Origin: Ascidiella aspersa
Lineage: Eukaryota
DNA length: 64,000 bases
Reading direction: 5' to 3'
Assembly: GCA_963924565.1 (NCBI GenBank)
Contig: OZ004609.1
Coordinates: forward strand, 10,912,001-10,976,000
Part shown: one piece after another, positions 1 through 11,744 of the stretch
Layout of the letters: each line of letters starts with the position of its first letter
Numbering within the stretch: position 1 is the first letter of the stretch
Translations under genes and position numbers: made by a program
The notes under the pieces: generated by a model
The model's database searches: none
The model's input: the letters and a program-made list of their open reading frames with translations, nothing else
Told to the model about the DNA's origin: nothing

Positions 1-1085
1 GTATTGAACAGTATTTGTTGTATATTTTCGCTTGTGATTAGTAATTATCCATTTCCCATTACAGTAACTATAGGCCTTAATGTTTCTGCAATGAATTTAA
101 CGTTATATTTTAACAGTATATACAACATTTTTTTAAAACAACCAGCGTCTTGTTTTCTTTGGCATTTTTATAGTTGTTTTGAAATAACAAAAATATCAAC
201 ATTTTCATGAGTTTTGCATAAACCCGAAAAAATATATTTGATTTCGGTTCGACCGGCAGTCAGAAAAACATGTAAAATGGTTGTTAGACGACGCCAAGAC
301 ATTAATGCAGTACTTCAAACAACAATATGTTTTTAAATCAATGTATTTCTAATAGGTCAAAATTATGTAAAACAATACAGTTCTAGGTCAAAATTTGTCA
401 AAGTTTACATTTTTAGGTGTATCGTGTCATGGCAATGTTAACCTATGAGTGGATTTTGTATTTGGTATTGATACATTATACATACAGTAACCGGTGTTTA
501 TTAACAAAAGGGTAATTCTCCAAAAATAGAAAATAGACTAACATTAATAGGATGACATTTAGGCAATACTCGGATTATATTCAGGCAAATTCTCACAGAA
601 CAAAACAACTATTTCGAAGTAATTTTGTAACACGACGCTACGGCATTGGCCCACGTATTTCTCGGCCTTCATTCTTTACATTCTCAAGTCGTCTGATAAG
701 TTTTTTTGGTTACGTGACAAAGTTCACGTCGATCTGCATGGCGAGTTCGACTGAAGCCTTTCGCATCCTGTGTAGCGTTGCAAAATCGATTTGCAAGGCT
801 CTTGCTGTTTAGGCATGAGGCCAACGAGATAACATCATTTCGCTGTTCCGTTAAAAAAAAATCAGGATTTTACAATAGCAGAAATTACAAAAAACTACGC
901 TAAATTTTTTTGTTAAATGCATTTACATTGTCAAACATAGGCGTTGTTCAATCGCCCTGGTTATCAAGACTTTCTCAAGTCGTTGTATTTCTCACAAATT
1001 AACCATTTGTTCCAGTTTGGTGCCGCATACGTTAACGCATTTTTAATATACGTTTTTTCAACTTTGTTGTAAACAACGCGCTTAC

Positions 1086-3883
1086 GTCCTTCATGTTGTT
1101 CTTGCATGCTTGTTTTTGTTTGCACTGTTTCGAGATGAATGTCAATCCATTTTCCTGACGTATAACCGATTGACAGGTGTCCTGAAAATATATGCTTGAA
1201 TGATGTGAAATAAGCAAATAAACAATATTTACGTTGAGATCCAAGCTCGGTTAGTTGTTGCCACTTTGAACAATCAAAAGTTGTAAAAATAGCATGCCAA
1301 CATAATATTTCTATATCAAAAATAGATTAATGGCCTAAATATCGACTGTAGAGCGGGACTAAAATATAAAAAAGACAATTTGAATTTGTTTTTGTTCCTT
1401 GTTGAGTATTATGTTCAAATGTGGTCAAAGACACGTTAATACTCAGTTATTTCTTGTACGTCCCTACTTTTTTCGATTAGTAATTAGCATATGGTTAAAT
1501 ATATGACCCACTTGTTGTACATTTGTAGGGATTAACGTAGTGTTTGTGACCCGCGTGATGAAAAGGTTCGCAATCCCAGTCCTATGATGTTGGCTATGTG
1601 TTAGTTTATATTTTTTATAGCAAAAATTAAAAAAATCTATACTAACAACGCAGTTTATGATTACGACATTGATGCATTTCCTAAGATATAAAAGTATCCG
1701 TGGTAGGCTACACCTGTGCTCCGCAACCGGCATGCCGCGGCACAATGGTGTGCCGCGAGACCATGCCAGGTGTGTCGCGACGTTCCTGGAGGTGTGTTAC
1801 TTGCGTTTTTAAGGACACTCTTCAATAATTATAATCAGTCGAATAATTCCTAATTCATGGAAATACGGCCTAAATGGACAAAATGACGCCTGAACTGTAG
1901 TAAGAGTGTATTAGACCAGTGGTTCTTAAACTGGTAAATGGGTAAACCAATCAAAAGGGGTGAATAAGGGTGGACCGTCAGAAATGTGTGACAGCTCTGC
2001 AGTAAATCGACTACTGAACTGGTATTTTTTTGCTTATTGTTGCACTGAGTGTTTAAGTACAAAAATTTGATGACTGTGTTTTGTGCGTTTGTAGCTTTAC
2101 AATTCTGGACTCGAGAAATTGTAGATTTTTAATGATAAAACTTAGCTTGAGTTGATCTTAACAAAAATCGAAAAAAACTAAATCATTTTGTGCTGTTATA
2201 TATAGACGAGATAGTTTTATCATATCATTAGACAAGGGTGAATGAAATCTGGAGATCGATGCTAGGGGTGAACAAACTAAAAAAGTTTAAGAAGCACTGT
2301 ATTAGACGACCGGGGGCCATTGGTCTGGCATCGGATGATTTGGTTTTGACGTTTCGACTCATTCAGTTTGAATATGCATTGGCTTGTTTGCCCCTGTTTA
2401 GTGTTATTGGTGGGTTATGGGTTGGGTTAGAAATTAAGGTATGGTTGGAGATAGGTGAAGTTAGTGATGGAATTAGGGGTGGGGTTTGAGGCCAGGTAAA
2501 ATATTGTATAGGCCTTATTCTAGCTATTTAGGTCTTATTCCCACAGGTTTAGGACTTTCCGATTTAGACGATTTTACGATAATTATATATTATTTTGGTC
2601 TTATTGCGAACTGTGTTTTATCTCGAGGTATTAGTGTTGTTTTACTTTCGTTTTATGGCTGGAGTCCCTTATTGGACGTCATAAGATATTTAGGACAGGG
2701 GTCGGGAACCTATGGCTCGCGAGCCATATATGGCTCTTTTTGTGACGCTGAGCCATATATGGCTCTTTTTGTGACGCTGAGCCATATATGGCTCTTTTTG
2801 TGACGCTGAGCCATATATGGCTCTTTTTGTGAGAAAAATCTAAGCTATTATTTCTTAGCCTGATCTTAACTAAAACTGGATGCCGCCACGGCGGCTTTCC
2901 TAACCTTATATTACCTTTTTTTACACATAGCAGCAAATTCTATTTGTTGTTAGAGACTGTTATCCCATTTAAAGGTGTCTCCTTATATCCAAAAGCCCCT
3001 ATTTTTTCAACGAAACTTTGTAATCAAAGTTGTATACAAACTTAGCTAATTCAATTTTGTTGCATAGCATGTTCTGTCCTTTAAATGAGAACAAAATAAA
3101 CGGCCCTGCTCAGTTTACTATTTTTTGCTAGATGTTAAAAAAAATGATATGGCTCTCATGGAAATACAACCAAGAATATTTGGCTTTTATGGCTCCCTTG
3201 GCTAAAAAGGTTCCCGACCCCTGTCTTAGGAAGACCGTAAAACAGCAAAATCAAAACATATAAAAAAATGTAATACACCAAATTTCCGGCGCGTTCAATC
3301 GTTAATCGCTCCTTTATCTATGGGCTGCCCAGTATATGTTTGCCTTTTTGTGTATTGTTGATTTTCATATATTTCGAAGGTGTGCCGCCAAATTTTGTTT
3401 AGTTCTGTTGGTGTGCCGTAAGTGAAAAAAGGTTGCGGAGCACGGGGCTACACTACAGTATACCTCAGTTGATTTGCAAGTTTCAAGCCTTCCTCTGGTA
3501 GCACAGTCCGCGTTGCTAACTGTGTTTTCGCATCTCCAGCATTCAAGGGCTGCAAACGTTATTGGTATTTAAGAATAGCCAAAGCAAAAATGAAGCTTTT
3601 TGTCAAATGCACGAGAATATATCATTGAAAAGGACGAAAAAAATTGTAATACTTCTACATCTATTAGTTATTACACATACCCTTTGGCCTAAACTTACAC
3701 TTAAACATTTGTAATTTCCTCGCCTCGCGAAAAAATGCAATGCGTCCTTCGAGTAGATCAGTTTAATGTAAATTTAACATTCTGATTATCACGGTTTTAA
3801 CTATTCTAATAACACAACATCCACCCACCTTTAGTTGTGGCAAACGTCACAATTGACAAGAAACACAGCTTGAATACCAACAT
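1086..3883 (-). CDS. Secreted Ly6/uPAR (three-finger, LU-domain) cysteine-rich protein; exons 3883-3829, 3549-3464, 1181-1086; 3' exon(s) not identified
   Basis: GT-AG exons join in frame to MLVFKLCFLSIVTFATTKA-LECWRCENTVSNADCATRGRLETCKSTE-DTCQSVIRQENGLTFISKQCKQKQACKNNMKD: signal peptide followed by the LxCxxC start and Cys spacing of LU domains. The C-terminal CC..CN exon was not found. Confidence 0.75.
1917..2299. mobile_element. hAT-type MITE (nested)
   Basis: TIRs CAGTGGTTCTTAAACT / AGTTTAAGAAGCACTG; perfect TSD TATTAGAC. Confidence 0.9.
2696..3223. mobile_element. hAT-type MITE (nested) with internal 29-bp tandem array
   Basis: TIRs CAGGGGTCGGGAACCT / AGGTTCCCGACCCCTG; degenerate TSD ATTTAGGA/TCTTAGGA. 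Confidence 0.85.
2721..2832. repeat. 29-bp tandem repeat, about 4 copies, each containing the 16-bp palindrome GAGCCATATATGGCTC
   Basis: Units start at 2721, 2750, 2779 and 2808 and are identical (last one partial). Confidence 0.95.
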
Positions 3884-5745
3884 ATTTTTAATTATAGGTG
3901 TTACTTCCTAAAAAACACGGGCGTGAGTAAATAGTTCGAAAAGACCAATCTAAGAATGTTCACAGTTAAGTTAGCTAAAGTGTTACACCTTAAATCGACA
4001 CACCCGCTGTGTTTCTAACAACAAAAACTCTGGGGATTAAGAAAAATTAAATATTTTCGGGGTTAAAGGTGATCACGTGTTTTATTGCAACTCATAGTAG
4101 AAGGCTTTAGCTTCGTTATGTCGCCGATTGGTTAGCACGACTTGCCCTAGGGGCATCATTTGCATTGTTCACAGCGTTGATTTCGACCACTACAGATACG
4201 ATTTCGCGTGCTAACTCGCGGAAACTTAGCATGAAGCGTGTCTTGCTTCTTTTACTGGATTTACTAAATGATAAGGTAGGCTGTTACTTCAACGCGATCG
4301 TTTTGATGAACACAAACATTGGATGCATCCTTACGGTGTTTACCAAACTTAAAACAGCTCAAGTCGTGAAGGATTTTTTTCGTTTTTGCACGCATTTCTG
4401 TTTTTGTTTTTGCACGCACAAAATGTAAATTAACCTAGTTGGAGAACGTCAGTAGCTAAAACTTAAAGGAGGCACGATTTGAATATACATTACACTTTGA
4501 AATTATATTCTTGAATGTGTAACACCAGGTTGTTATAGTATCGAGAAAAACGGTGCGCTATACACATCATACCACTTTTAGCCTACATATTTTTTTACGT
4601 CGAAGCCAACTTTCACTATAATGAAAAAATTAAAAAAATTGAAACGCTAAATCATATAGAAAAATAAATGTTGTTTTTGTAAACAGGGAGCAGTCTAACA
4701 TATTCCACTTGCTCAAGCAATCATTTAAATAACGTAGCACAAAGTATATGTTTACGTTCAATACGCTTTCCATTTGTTTGAATTTGTGGCCAGGGCTTGG
4801 TATTTCATGGACTTTTTGCCATTTCGAAAACATTTACTGGATATTTTTTGTTGCAATTTAATTATTCCATTTTACCTTTATTCATTACAATTCCAACATC
4901 CAGATAGTAGCTTACTTCTTAGCCATAGAATGATTTTTTAATTTATGATTCGACTTTTTTTATGCTTGTTTTGTAAGCGAAAATTTAGTTGATTTTTTTA
5001 TCATTGTAGTTTTGTTTTAACTGATATTACTATATTTGCGTTGTTGACATCAATAACATCTTTTGACAGTTTTAGTTGCTTAAAAAAATATATATAAATA
5101 TTATTTCCGGTACACGCTAACTATGTTAATTGGTATTATGTATCCAGGGGGCGCCATACCATACACCTCTGAAACTGTATTTTTTCAAACTTTCTGATGC
5201 AAACAAAATACCCAGCGATTGGACTCTCCCGGTAACCAGCACTTCGTTTTAAGTTAATCTGGGTAGAGCGATGGGAAATGCAACTTTGGCTCGTGATCTA
5301 ATCAAGTTACACTTAATTGGTCCGTCTATAAAAAAGGTTACTCAACCCTGACCTAATTTAATACCACCTCCGCAAATTATTCTCTTTATAAAAAAATAAA
5401 AAAAAAATTTGAAAAAAGGATTACCTATGCACAAGATATTTTTTCAGGAAAAATAATTGAAATACTCAAATGTTATTCAGTGTGTCGGTATAAATTTAGT
5501 GGGACGTGAAAATGCATTTATTCTTTTACAAGTAAAATTTTAATAAAGCTCGAACAGGTATATAGCACATGATAATCCTATATAGCACAAAATAATACCT
5601 AGCTCATAGACTGGGCTCTGCTTTGGAAACAGCGGAGAATGCTTTGGGAAAATAGATAACATATAACAACACAAAGTAGTTCGCCTCGGGTGCAAACATT
5701 GACCTTTGCATGCTGAAGAGTTGCCATTTCGGACTCATCCTAGTC

Positions 5746-6833
5746 CAGTGGTTCTTAAACTTTTTGAGACACGGCCCCCTTTTACAATTTTAACCAAACT
5801 CGCGCCCCACCTTGTTTCAAAATAAAAAAACATTAAGCATAACAGCAAGTTATTTCTAGATAAGTTGCATTCATGCAAAGGATGTTTTTAACCCAGCCTA
5901 ACTCTTTTTCACCCAGCCTAACCTAGGGTTGCCATAGTTTGAAACGCGGCTTTTCTGACAAATTTACCGCGGTTTTAGTGGCCAATTCCAGATCAGGGAC
6001 CTTAAAAACACTCAAGAATATCTAAAAGCGGGGTGGAGTATGGATTTGGGAGCTTTCAGAATACATTTTGAGTTACATAAAACTGGAAAATAGATTAGTG
6101 ATGCTTTAGTTTAATATAAAAATTACAAGGTTTTCTGTGTTTTTAAGAAAAACGAGTATCGTGTTAGGGGAAGTCCCAGATTTTAGCAATTTTAGTGTTG
6201 CAATTTTGGAGTGTTTGCGGAGCCCCTAAATCTTGTCCAATTCTTTTGTAAACTTATTAAACTGTTTTTTATGTGACACTTAAGCCGAAAACATAATTTT
6301 TCAAAAAAAATTTAAATCTGGAACACGCAAAAACTCTACAAAAGCGAAAACAAAATGATTAAAAAGCCATAAACCTGGTAGTGTGTGACGTAACAATGAA
6401 CAGTATTTTCAAACAATTAACAGTATTAGCACTTCATCTGTGAATATTCGAGCTATTTATTAAACAGTACGAAAAATTAAACAAATTTTGGTATTAACAA
6501 ATAGGCTATCGTTTTTAATAACATGCGTGCGTGCGGCACACACCATGTTTTTCTCGAATGGCCGATCAGAGCGGGTAACTTAATCACGTGATTAATGCGT
6601 TAGCATAAAGTTTTTGTGGAATCATCTCCTCACAAAACGAAAATACTAACCTTAAAATCAACAGGAATATTCTACACGACAGAAAAAACTAATGTGTGAT
6701 AACTCGATGGTGTCCATTCAATGATCACCATAAAGTTTAGTCATAATTAATAGAGATTGTGTCAATTTTCGCGCCCCCCTTGTGAACCTCGCACGCCCCC
6801 AAGGGGGGCGCGCCCACCAGTTTAAGAACCACT
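5746..6833. mobile_element. hAT-type MITE
   Basis: TIRs CAGTGGTTCTTAAACT / AGTTTAAGAACCACT; left TSD TCCTAGTC, right remnant CTAGTC (small deletion). Confidence 0.75.
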
Positions 6834-6941
6834 CTAGTCTTTGTAGGAGCCGGCCAAAGTTTAAAAACGCGTGGAAAATGAGTCACATAACTTAATGTAC
6901 GCTTTACTACGTATATTTTGAAGAAAATCCTACAAAGGACA

Positions 6942-9900
6942 TCACGTGTCCTCCAACTCTTCGTATTTCACGGACTTTAGTTCAGCATTGGTGGCTACAT
7001 TTTGCGTTTCGCTACTGCAACTGTCTCCTTGGCGATTTGCTTCTAGATTTGAAGTATCCTCATTGGCTGGACTTTCTAAAACGTCATCGTTAAGCAAAGT
7101 GTCAGAGGTCATTTCTTCTTCAAGGAGGACGTCCTGCATCGCGCAGTCGAGCTGGTGACGCATGCGCAGTCGCTCGTCGAACTCGAAACAGCTCGGATGA
7201 TGACGTAATATCGACATGGGCGTCTCAGCCGAGTCGGTGAAGAAGTGTGGCGGCTGGACTTGTTCGACGTGATCTGCAACGCGAGTGGATAGCTACAACT
7301 AACAAACCTTATAAAACCCTTCCGAGGCATCCCTTTCTATAACTTATATTAATTTAGGAATCTTCCGCAGACCATAAAACGAATATGTTTTCATGTCAGA
7401 TTATTTCTTATTATTCGTCTGTTTAACAATATAGCGCCTTACAAAACAGGTATCGTCAGTTTTTAAAATTTAAAAACTTTACACATATTTAGTTGTTTTA
7501 ACTTAAATGGTTTCCTGTTTTTACCACTTTATTGAACAAAAAATTAGGAGTTTAAAAGTTTTGCTGTAATTCAAACAGCGATGTGCAAAATGAATGATAA
7601 CCACCATGATTGTTAGTAAAGATTAGCCACAAGTTAGACTCAGACATGTAAATGTTTTCCACAAACGCCTGAACTTTCGATTTGACTGATTTTAATAATT
7701 TTAATTTTAAACTTTATAAGCAAAACTATTAGGCCTATATTCAGTTGTGTATTAAACTCTGAGAAATTACAATTGGCAACAAGTTACAGTTTAATTTTTT
7801 ATTTTTTTTTGGGGGGGAGGAGGCTGTTGAATTATTATCTTGTATAGAAATTAAACCGACAAAATAAGTGATAAAGCTGTGGAAGCTTACAACGTGGGTT
7901 CTCGATATTGTGCTTACCAGTGTCAGCATCCTGAGTTTGCAAACAACTCTTTAGCTCGCTTCTAATGTCAGCCAGCTCCTCCTGTAGTTCACCGTTCTTC
8001 TTAGTTAGGTAGCTGTGAAAACAAAACTACAAGTCATTACTAAATTTAAGATTAAATTTTGAATATAGGCAAAAAGTCACGTTTAAGGTTGTGAATACAG
8101 CCTTTGATTTACATTTTGACAATCATTTTTCATTTTGGCCTTAGTATGAACTTTGCGAAGATATAACATAGAGAGACAAGACTATATACAATACACACTC
8201 AACGTTATAGTAAGGCCTGATTGTACAATGGTAACATAGGAATTACCTATTGATGTTTTCCAGTTTTTCTTTTTCGTCAATTATTGTCTTAACCAGTTCT
8301 ATAAGATTTTGATTTTGAATTTCTAACTCTTCAATTCTATCCCGAACAGCCTTAGGAAATCGTCTGTGGTTACCCAAAACTTTTGACGGTGTTAGAAACT
8401 AAAAAGAAAGATTATACAAATTAAAAAATGTTACAGTTTCAACTCCTTAAATGAAATCTATAAAACATGTAAATAAATATATACCTGTTATATGTATATT
8501 GGTGCATGTGTAACAAAATTACATTTAAATGCAATAGTTTTTGTCCAAACACAGTGTAATATTTTAAACAAAGCTGTTAACCTTTTTTCACTAACAAACC
8601 TGCAAAAGTGAATCTGGTTCACGGCAATCTTTCAAGTGGGATACTGGGACAGCCATTTCTTCATATTTCTTATTCATTTGGACTTTATTGTCTGGGGTAA
8701 CATTTGTAGCATTTGTGTTGCAACTAGCACCATCTTCTAATTGTGTTTTGTTTTCTAAAAATGTAAAAGTAAAAATGTGTGGAAAGGAATATAAATTCTA
8801 AATCATGTGTAAAATCAGACTACACATTAAATATTTACCCAAAACAAAAATATCAGAGCCTTTAAATGAAAAAATATAGTACAAGAAAACACACCTATTG
8901 ATAGTGTGGCTGCCTCTCTTCTTCTAATTTCAACAACCTCCTGCTGATGCAGGTAATTGTCATACTGCAGTTGTAAGCTTTTTTTAACCTGTAAAAATGA
9001 ATTTAGTTCAAAGGGTCTTCAACTGAAGGCCTACATTTTACATAGCTAGTTTGGTGCAGTGACATGAAGTTAAGTTACAGGCCTTCCATAATTATTGTAC
9101 AATATAGTTTTAAAGATTAATATCAATGAAATAACAGGATGCAATGAACTTTACAGGTGACAATGGTAAAAAATATATGTTTGTCAATGTTACAATGTCT
9201 AAATCAAAATTATTTAAAAAAAAAGATAAACACACAGATCACATAAATAGATATTAAATATATTTTGTATCTCAGTCGTATGAATAGTTGTATGATAAAA
9301 TGTGCTTTAGAAAATTTGTCAAGTAATACAATTATGGATGCAGTCTTGTTACATTTCTTCAATATTTAAAATAACTACAATACCTCAGTCATAACAGTGG
9401 CCTCCATAGCTTGAAATATGTATTGACTTGCCCTTTTGTAATGACCAATAGCATCATCCCACTTGCATTGCTCAATTAATTGCATTGCATATCGCTCCTC
9501 GAGATGGGCCTGCAAAATCATTCATCAACTTATTATTTTAGTAGTGATGTTTTTGTCTAATCAATTAATTAAGATGATATAAAAAAAATTAAGGGGTTTA
9601 TGAAAAGTTGACATATATATTGACAGTACCCAGTCAATTTTTGTACAAACTGAATGAGTGTCAAGACATTTTTTATATAAATAGCAAGTCTATTTATATA
9701 GGCATAGCGTTGACATTAAAATAAAACATTTGTTTACCTTATAAAATTGGTGAACTGTGAATGTGTTAAATTCTTTAAAATATTTTGCACAGCAACATCA
9801 AAAAGCGAAACACCAAGTTAATATCTATGACATTGACATTTAACAGTTAGCTAAAATACCCAATTTTGCTAAAAGTATCCCATTAAAGCACTTTCATTTC

Positions 9901-10118
9901 AGTAAAGTCGTTTAAGTAAATGACTTTAGTCCAAGCAAATTAAAAGTCACTTTTCTAAATGACGTAGTCAGGTCATGTATTTATTCTAAAAGATTTAGGT
10001 CATTTAAAATAGCGACTTACGACATTTTTTGTGTTGTACCTACCTTATTTACTGGCCTATTGTGAAACACGTCACAAGCAGACCAAATTAAAGGCGAGGA
10101 ATCCCGTTTGCTTGCCAT
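6942..10118 (-). CDS. NRBF2: Nuclear receptor-binding factor 2 (Atg38 orthologue; MIT domain plus coiled coil), 7 coding exons
   Basis: Exons ~10118-10044, 9509-9384, 8988-8895, 8754-8600, 8398-8247, 8012-7918, 7273-6942 join in frame. RPVNK-AHLEERYAMQLIEQCKWDDAIGHYKRASQYIFQAM..SLQLQYDNYLHQQ matches the NRBF2 MIT domain; EPDSLLQFL and PKAVRDRIEELEIQNQNLIELVKTIIDEKEKLEN match the C-terminal coiled coil. Confidence 0.8.
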
Positions 10119-10605
10119 AACGTTGAAATAAATAAGGTAAAACAATTGCACGTTGTTCTCAAAACACAAACTTGGCAAAAAAACACTCACCAAACGTAGG
10201 GTAACATAGATATAAGAGTCAAAACTATAACATAGATATAAGAGTCAAAAACAAGGTTTTTTCAGGAAACGATTTTAACCACTGGTGCATAAAAATGTTT
10301 ACTAGTGGTGCAGTAATGCGTGAAAAAAAATATCTGCATTCATAGAAATTATGGTAAAAATAAGGTTTAGGCGACATTGCCTGGTGCGCCCCTGCTCGAA
10401 ACGTTACGTTTTTAAATCGATTTATCAAGCCTTCTGTTCAGCAGGGAGTTTTAAGCACCCGTAAAACATTTCCTTCCCTAATTCTTTGTTACGTCAGTCA
10501 TATATCTAAAAAAAATGTTTAGGCTTCCAAAAACTATGGACCACCTATTGTTTCAAGTCTGTATACTTTGCTTGATTCTCATTTTGCCTTTCTTGACTGA
10601 ATAAT

Positions 10606-10722
10606 AATATATCAGATTAGTTTACCTTTGATTGTAAACAATTAACGAAGTGTGAACACGCCCTAAAAATATATACTTACATTTTAAAATATTAATTTGA
10701 ACGAGTGGCGAAAATGAATATC

Positions 10723-10724
<2 letters not shown>
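10606..10724 (+). repeat. Left arm of a 119-bp inverted repeat flanking AOX
   Basis: Reverse complement of 15620-15738 with one mismatch seen (GAACGAGTGG vs GAACGCGTGG). Confidence 0.95.

Positions 10725-10756
<32 letters not shown>
10724..10756. repeat. poly(T)33 tract
   Basis: Uninterrupted T run abutting the inner end of the left IR arm. Confidence 0.95.
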
Positions 10757-10757
<1 letters not shown>

Positions 10758-11004
10758 AATAATAGAGGCGTCGGCGTCGGCGTGTACCACAAAACTGCGC
10801 TATGTGCGTCATTTTGTTCCTCCCTTGTGACTGCAGTTCGATCTAAAAACGAATTTCCGTGTGCTTCTGTGGTTCACTTCTTTCAACATGCAAATTTCAA
10901 ACGTTATGTTATTGAAGTTCGGAGATGTATAAACAGCGAAATAGCTTGAAATATTAATTGAAAACACTATTGCAGTCTCCTTGAGTGTAGACTTTGGATT
11001 GGAG

Positions 11005-11201
11005 TGACGTAACAATGACATAGCGAAAACTTTTCATACGTCATCAATGTCTGACGCAATCTGCTGAAATTTGTGGAGCAGTGACGTAACGCACGACAAA
11101 ATCGCATAAATAAGCAATCTCTTTCGAGCTACGTGATCAAAACGCTTGTAGATTTAAACTGTAGTTGCGATGCACTCGTTCATAACAGTTTACTTAACCT
11201 G
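11005..11201 (+). promoter_or_regulatory. Putative AOX promoter and non-coding first exon with clustered CRE/ATF-like sites and an HRE-like site
   Basis: TGACGTAA 11005, TACGTCA 11037, TGACGCAA 11052, TGACGTAA 11082, TACGTG 11130; donor CTG|GTATGT at 11201/2 and acceptor TTTGCAG at 11725 just before the ATG. Confidence 0.35.
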
Positions 11202-11744
11202 GTATGTGGCTGTTGTACAGGTTGATGTTTGTCCAGCACCGCTCAACAAATATTGTTTTGTTTTTTACATACCTCTTGTCAACCGTACGGCAACAAAAGA
11301 AAGCGCTAAGTTGTGTGTTATTAGGTCACAAAAAACGTGCTTTGGCGTTTGAATATAAAATACCAAATTGTTTATAATTGAAAGGGTGTTCCCTGACTGT
11401 TATTCTACTTCATAATTTTATTGTTATAAATTCCATTGATGAATGTGATTTGATTTTTATTCTTAGTGCATAGTGTTATGAGATGATAAATATGGATAGC
11501 ATTACTTACTTTAAAGTGGCTAAGGAGTCCTTCCTGTGTTCTTTGAATAAACTTAATTTTAGAATCAGCGACAAAAGTTGGATTTAAACCATATTTTCAA
11601 AGCATAATATTGTTAGACTTAAGACTCTTTCAATTATACTATTTTAGGTATAGATATTGTTGTTTTACTTGAATATATTCAATCTTCAGAAAAGTTTTAT
11701 CAATGTTAGCTTGTTTTATTTGCAGAGATAAACTAGTGGTGAAC

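Larger units (their letters stand above)
1714..3445. mobile_element. hAT-type MITE in the Ly6 gene intron, host to nested MITEs
   Basis: TIRs CTGTGCTCCGCAACC / GGTTGCGGAGCACGG; perfect 8-bp TSD GGCTACAC (1706-1713, 3446-3453). Confidence 0.85.

Noticed and set aside
683-842. Minus-strand open frame after an AG as the last Ly6 exon
   Set aside because: Open for about 52 codons but lacks the CC..CN signature; not supportable.
2721-2832. CRISPR-like palindromic repeats
   Set aside because: Units are identical head-to-tail with no unique spacers and lie within a MITE.
10203-10252. 26-bp tandem duplication upstream of NRBF2 as a regulatory element
   Set aside because: Simple local duplication with no recognisable motif.
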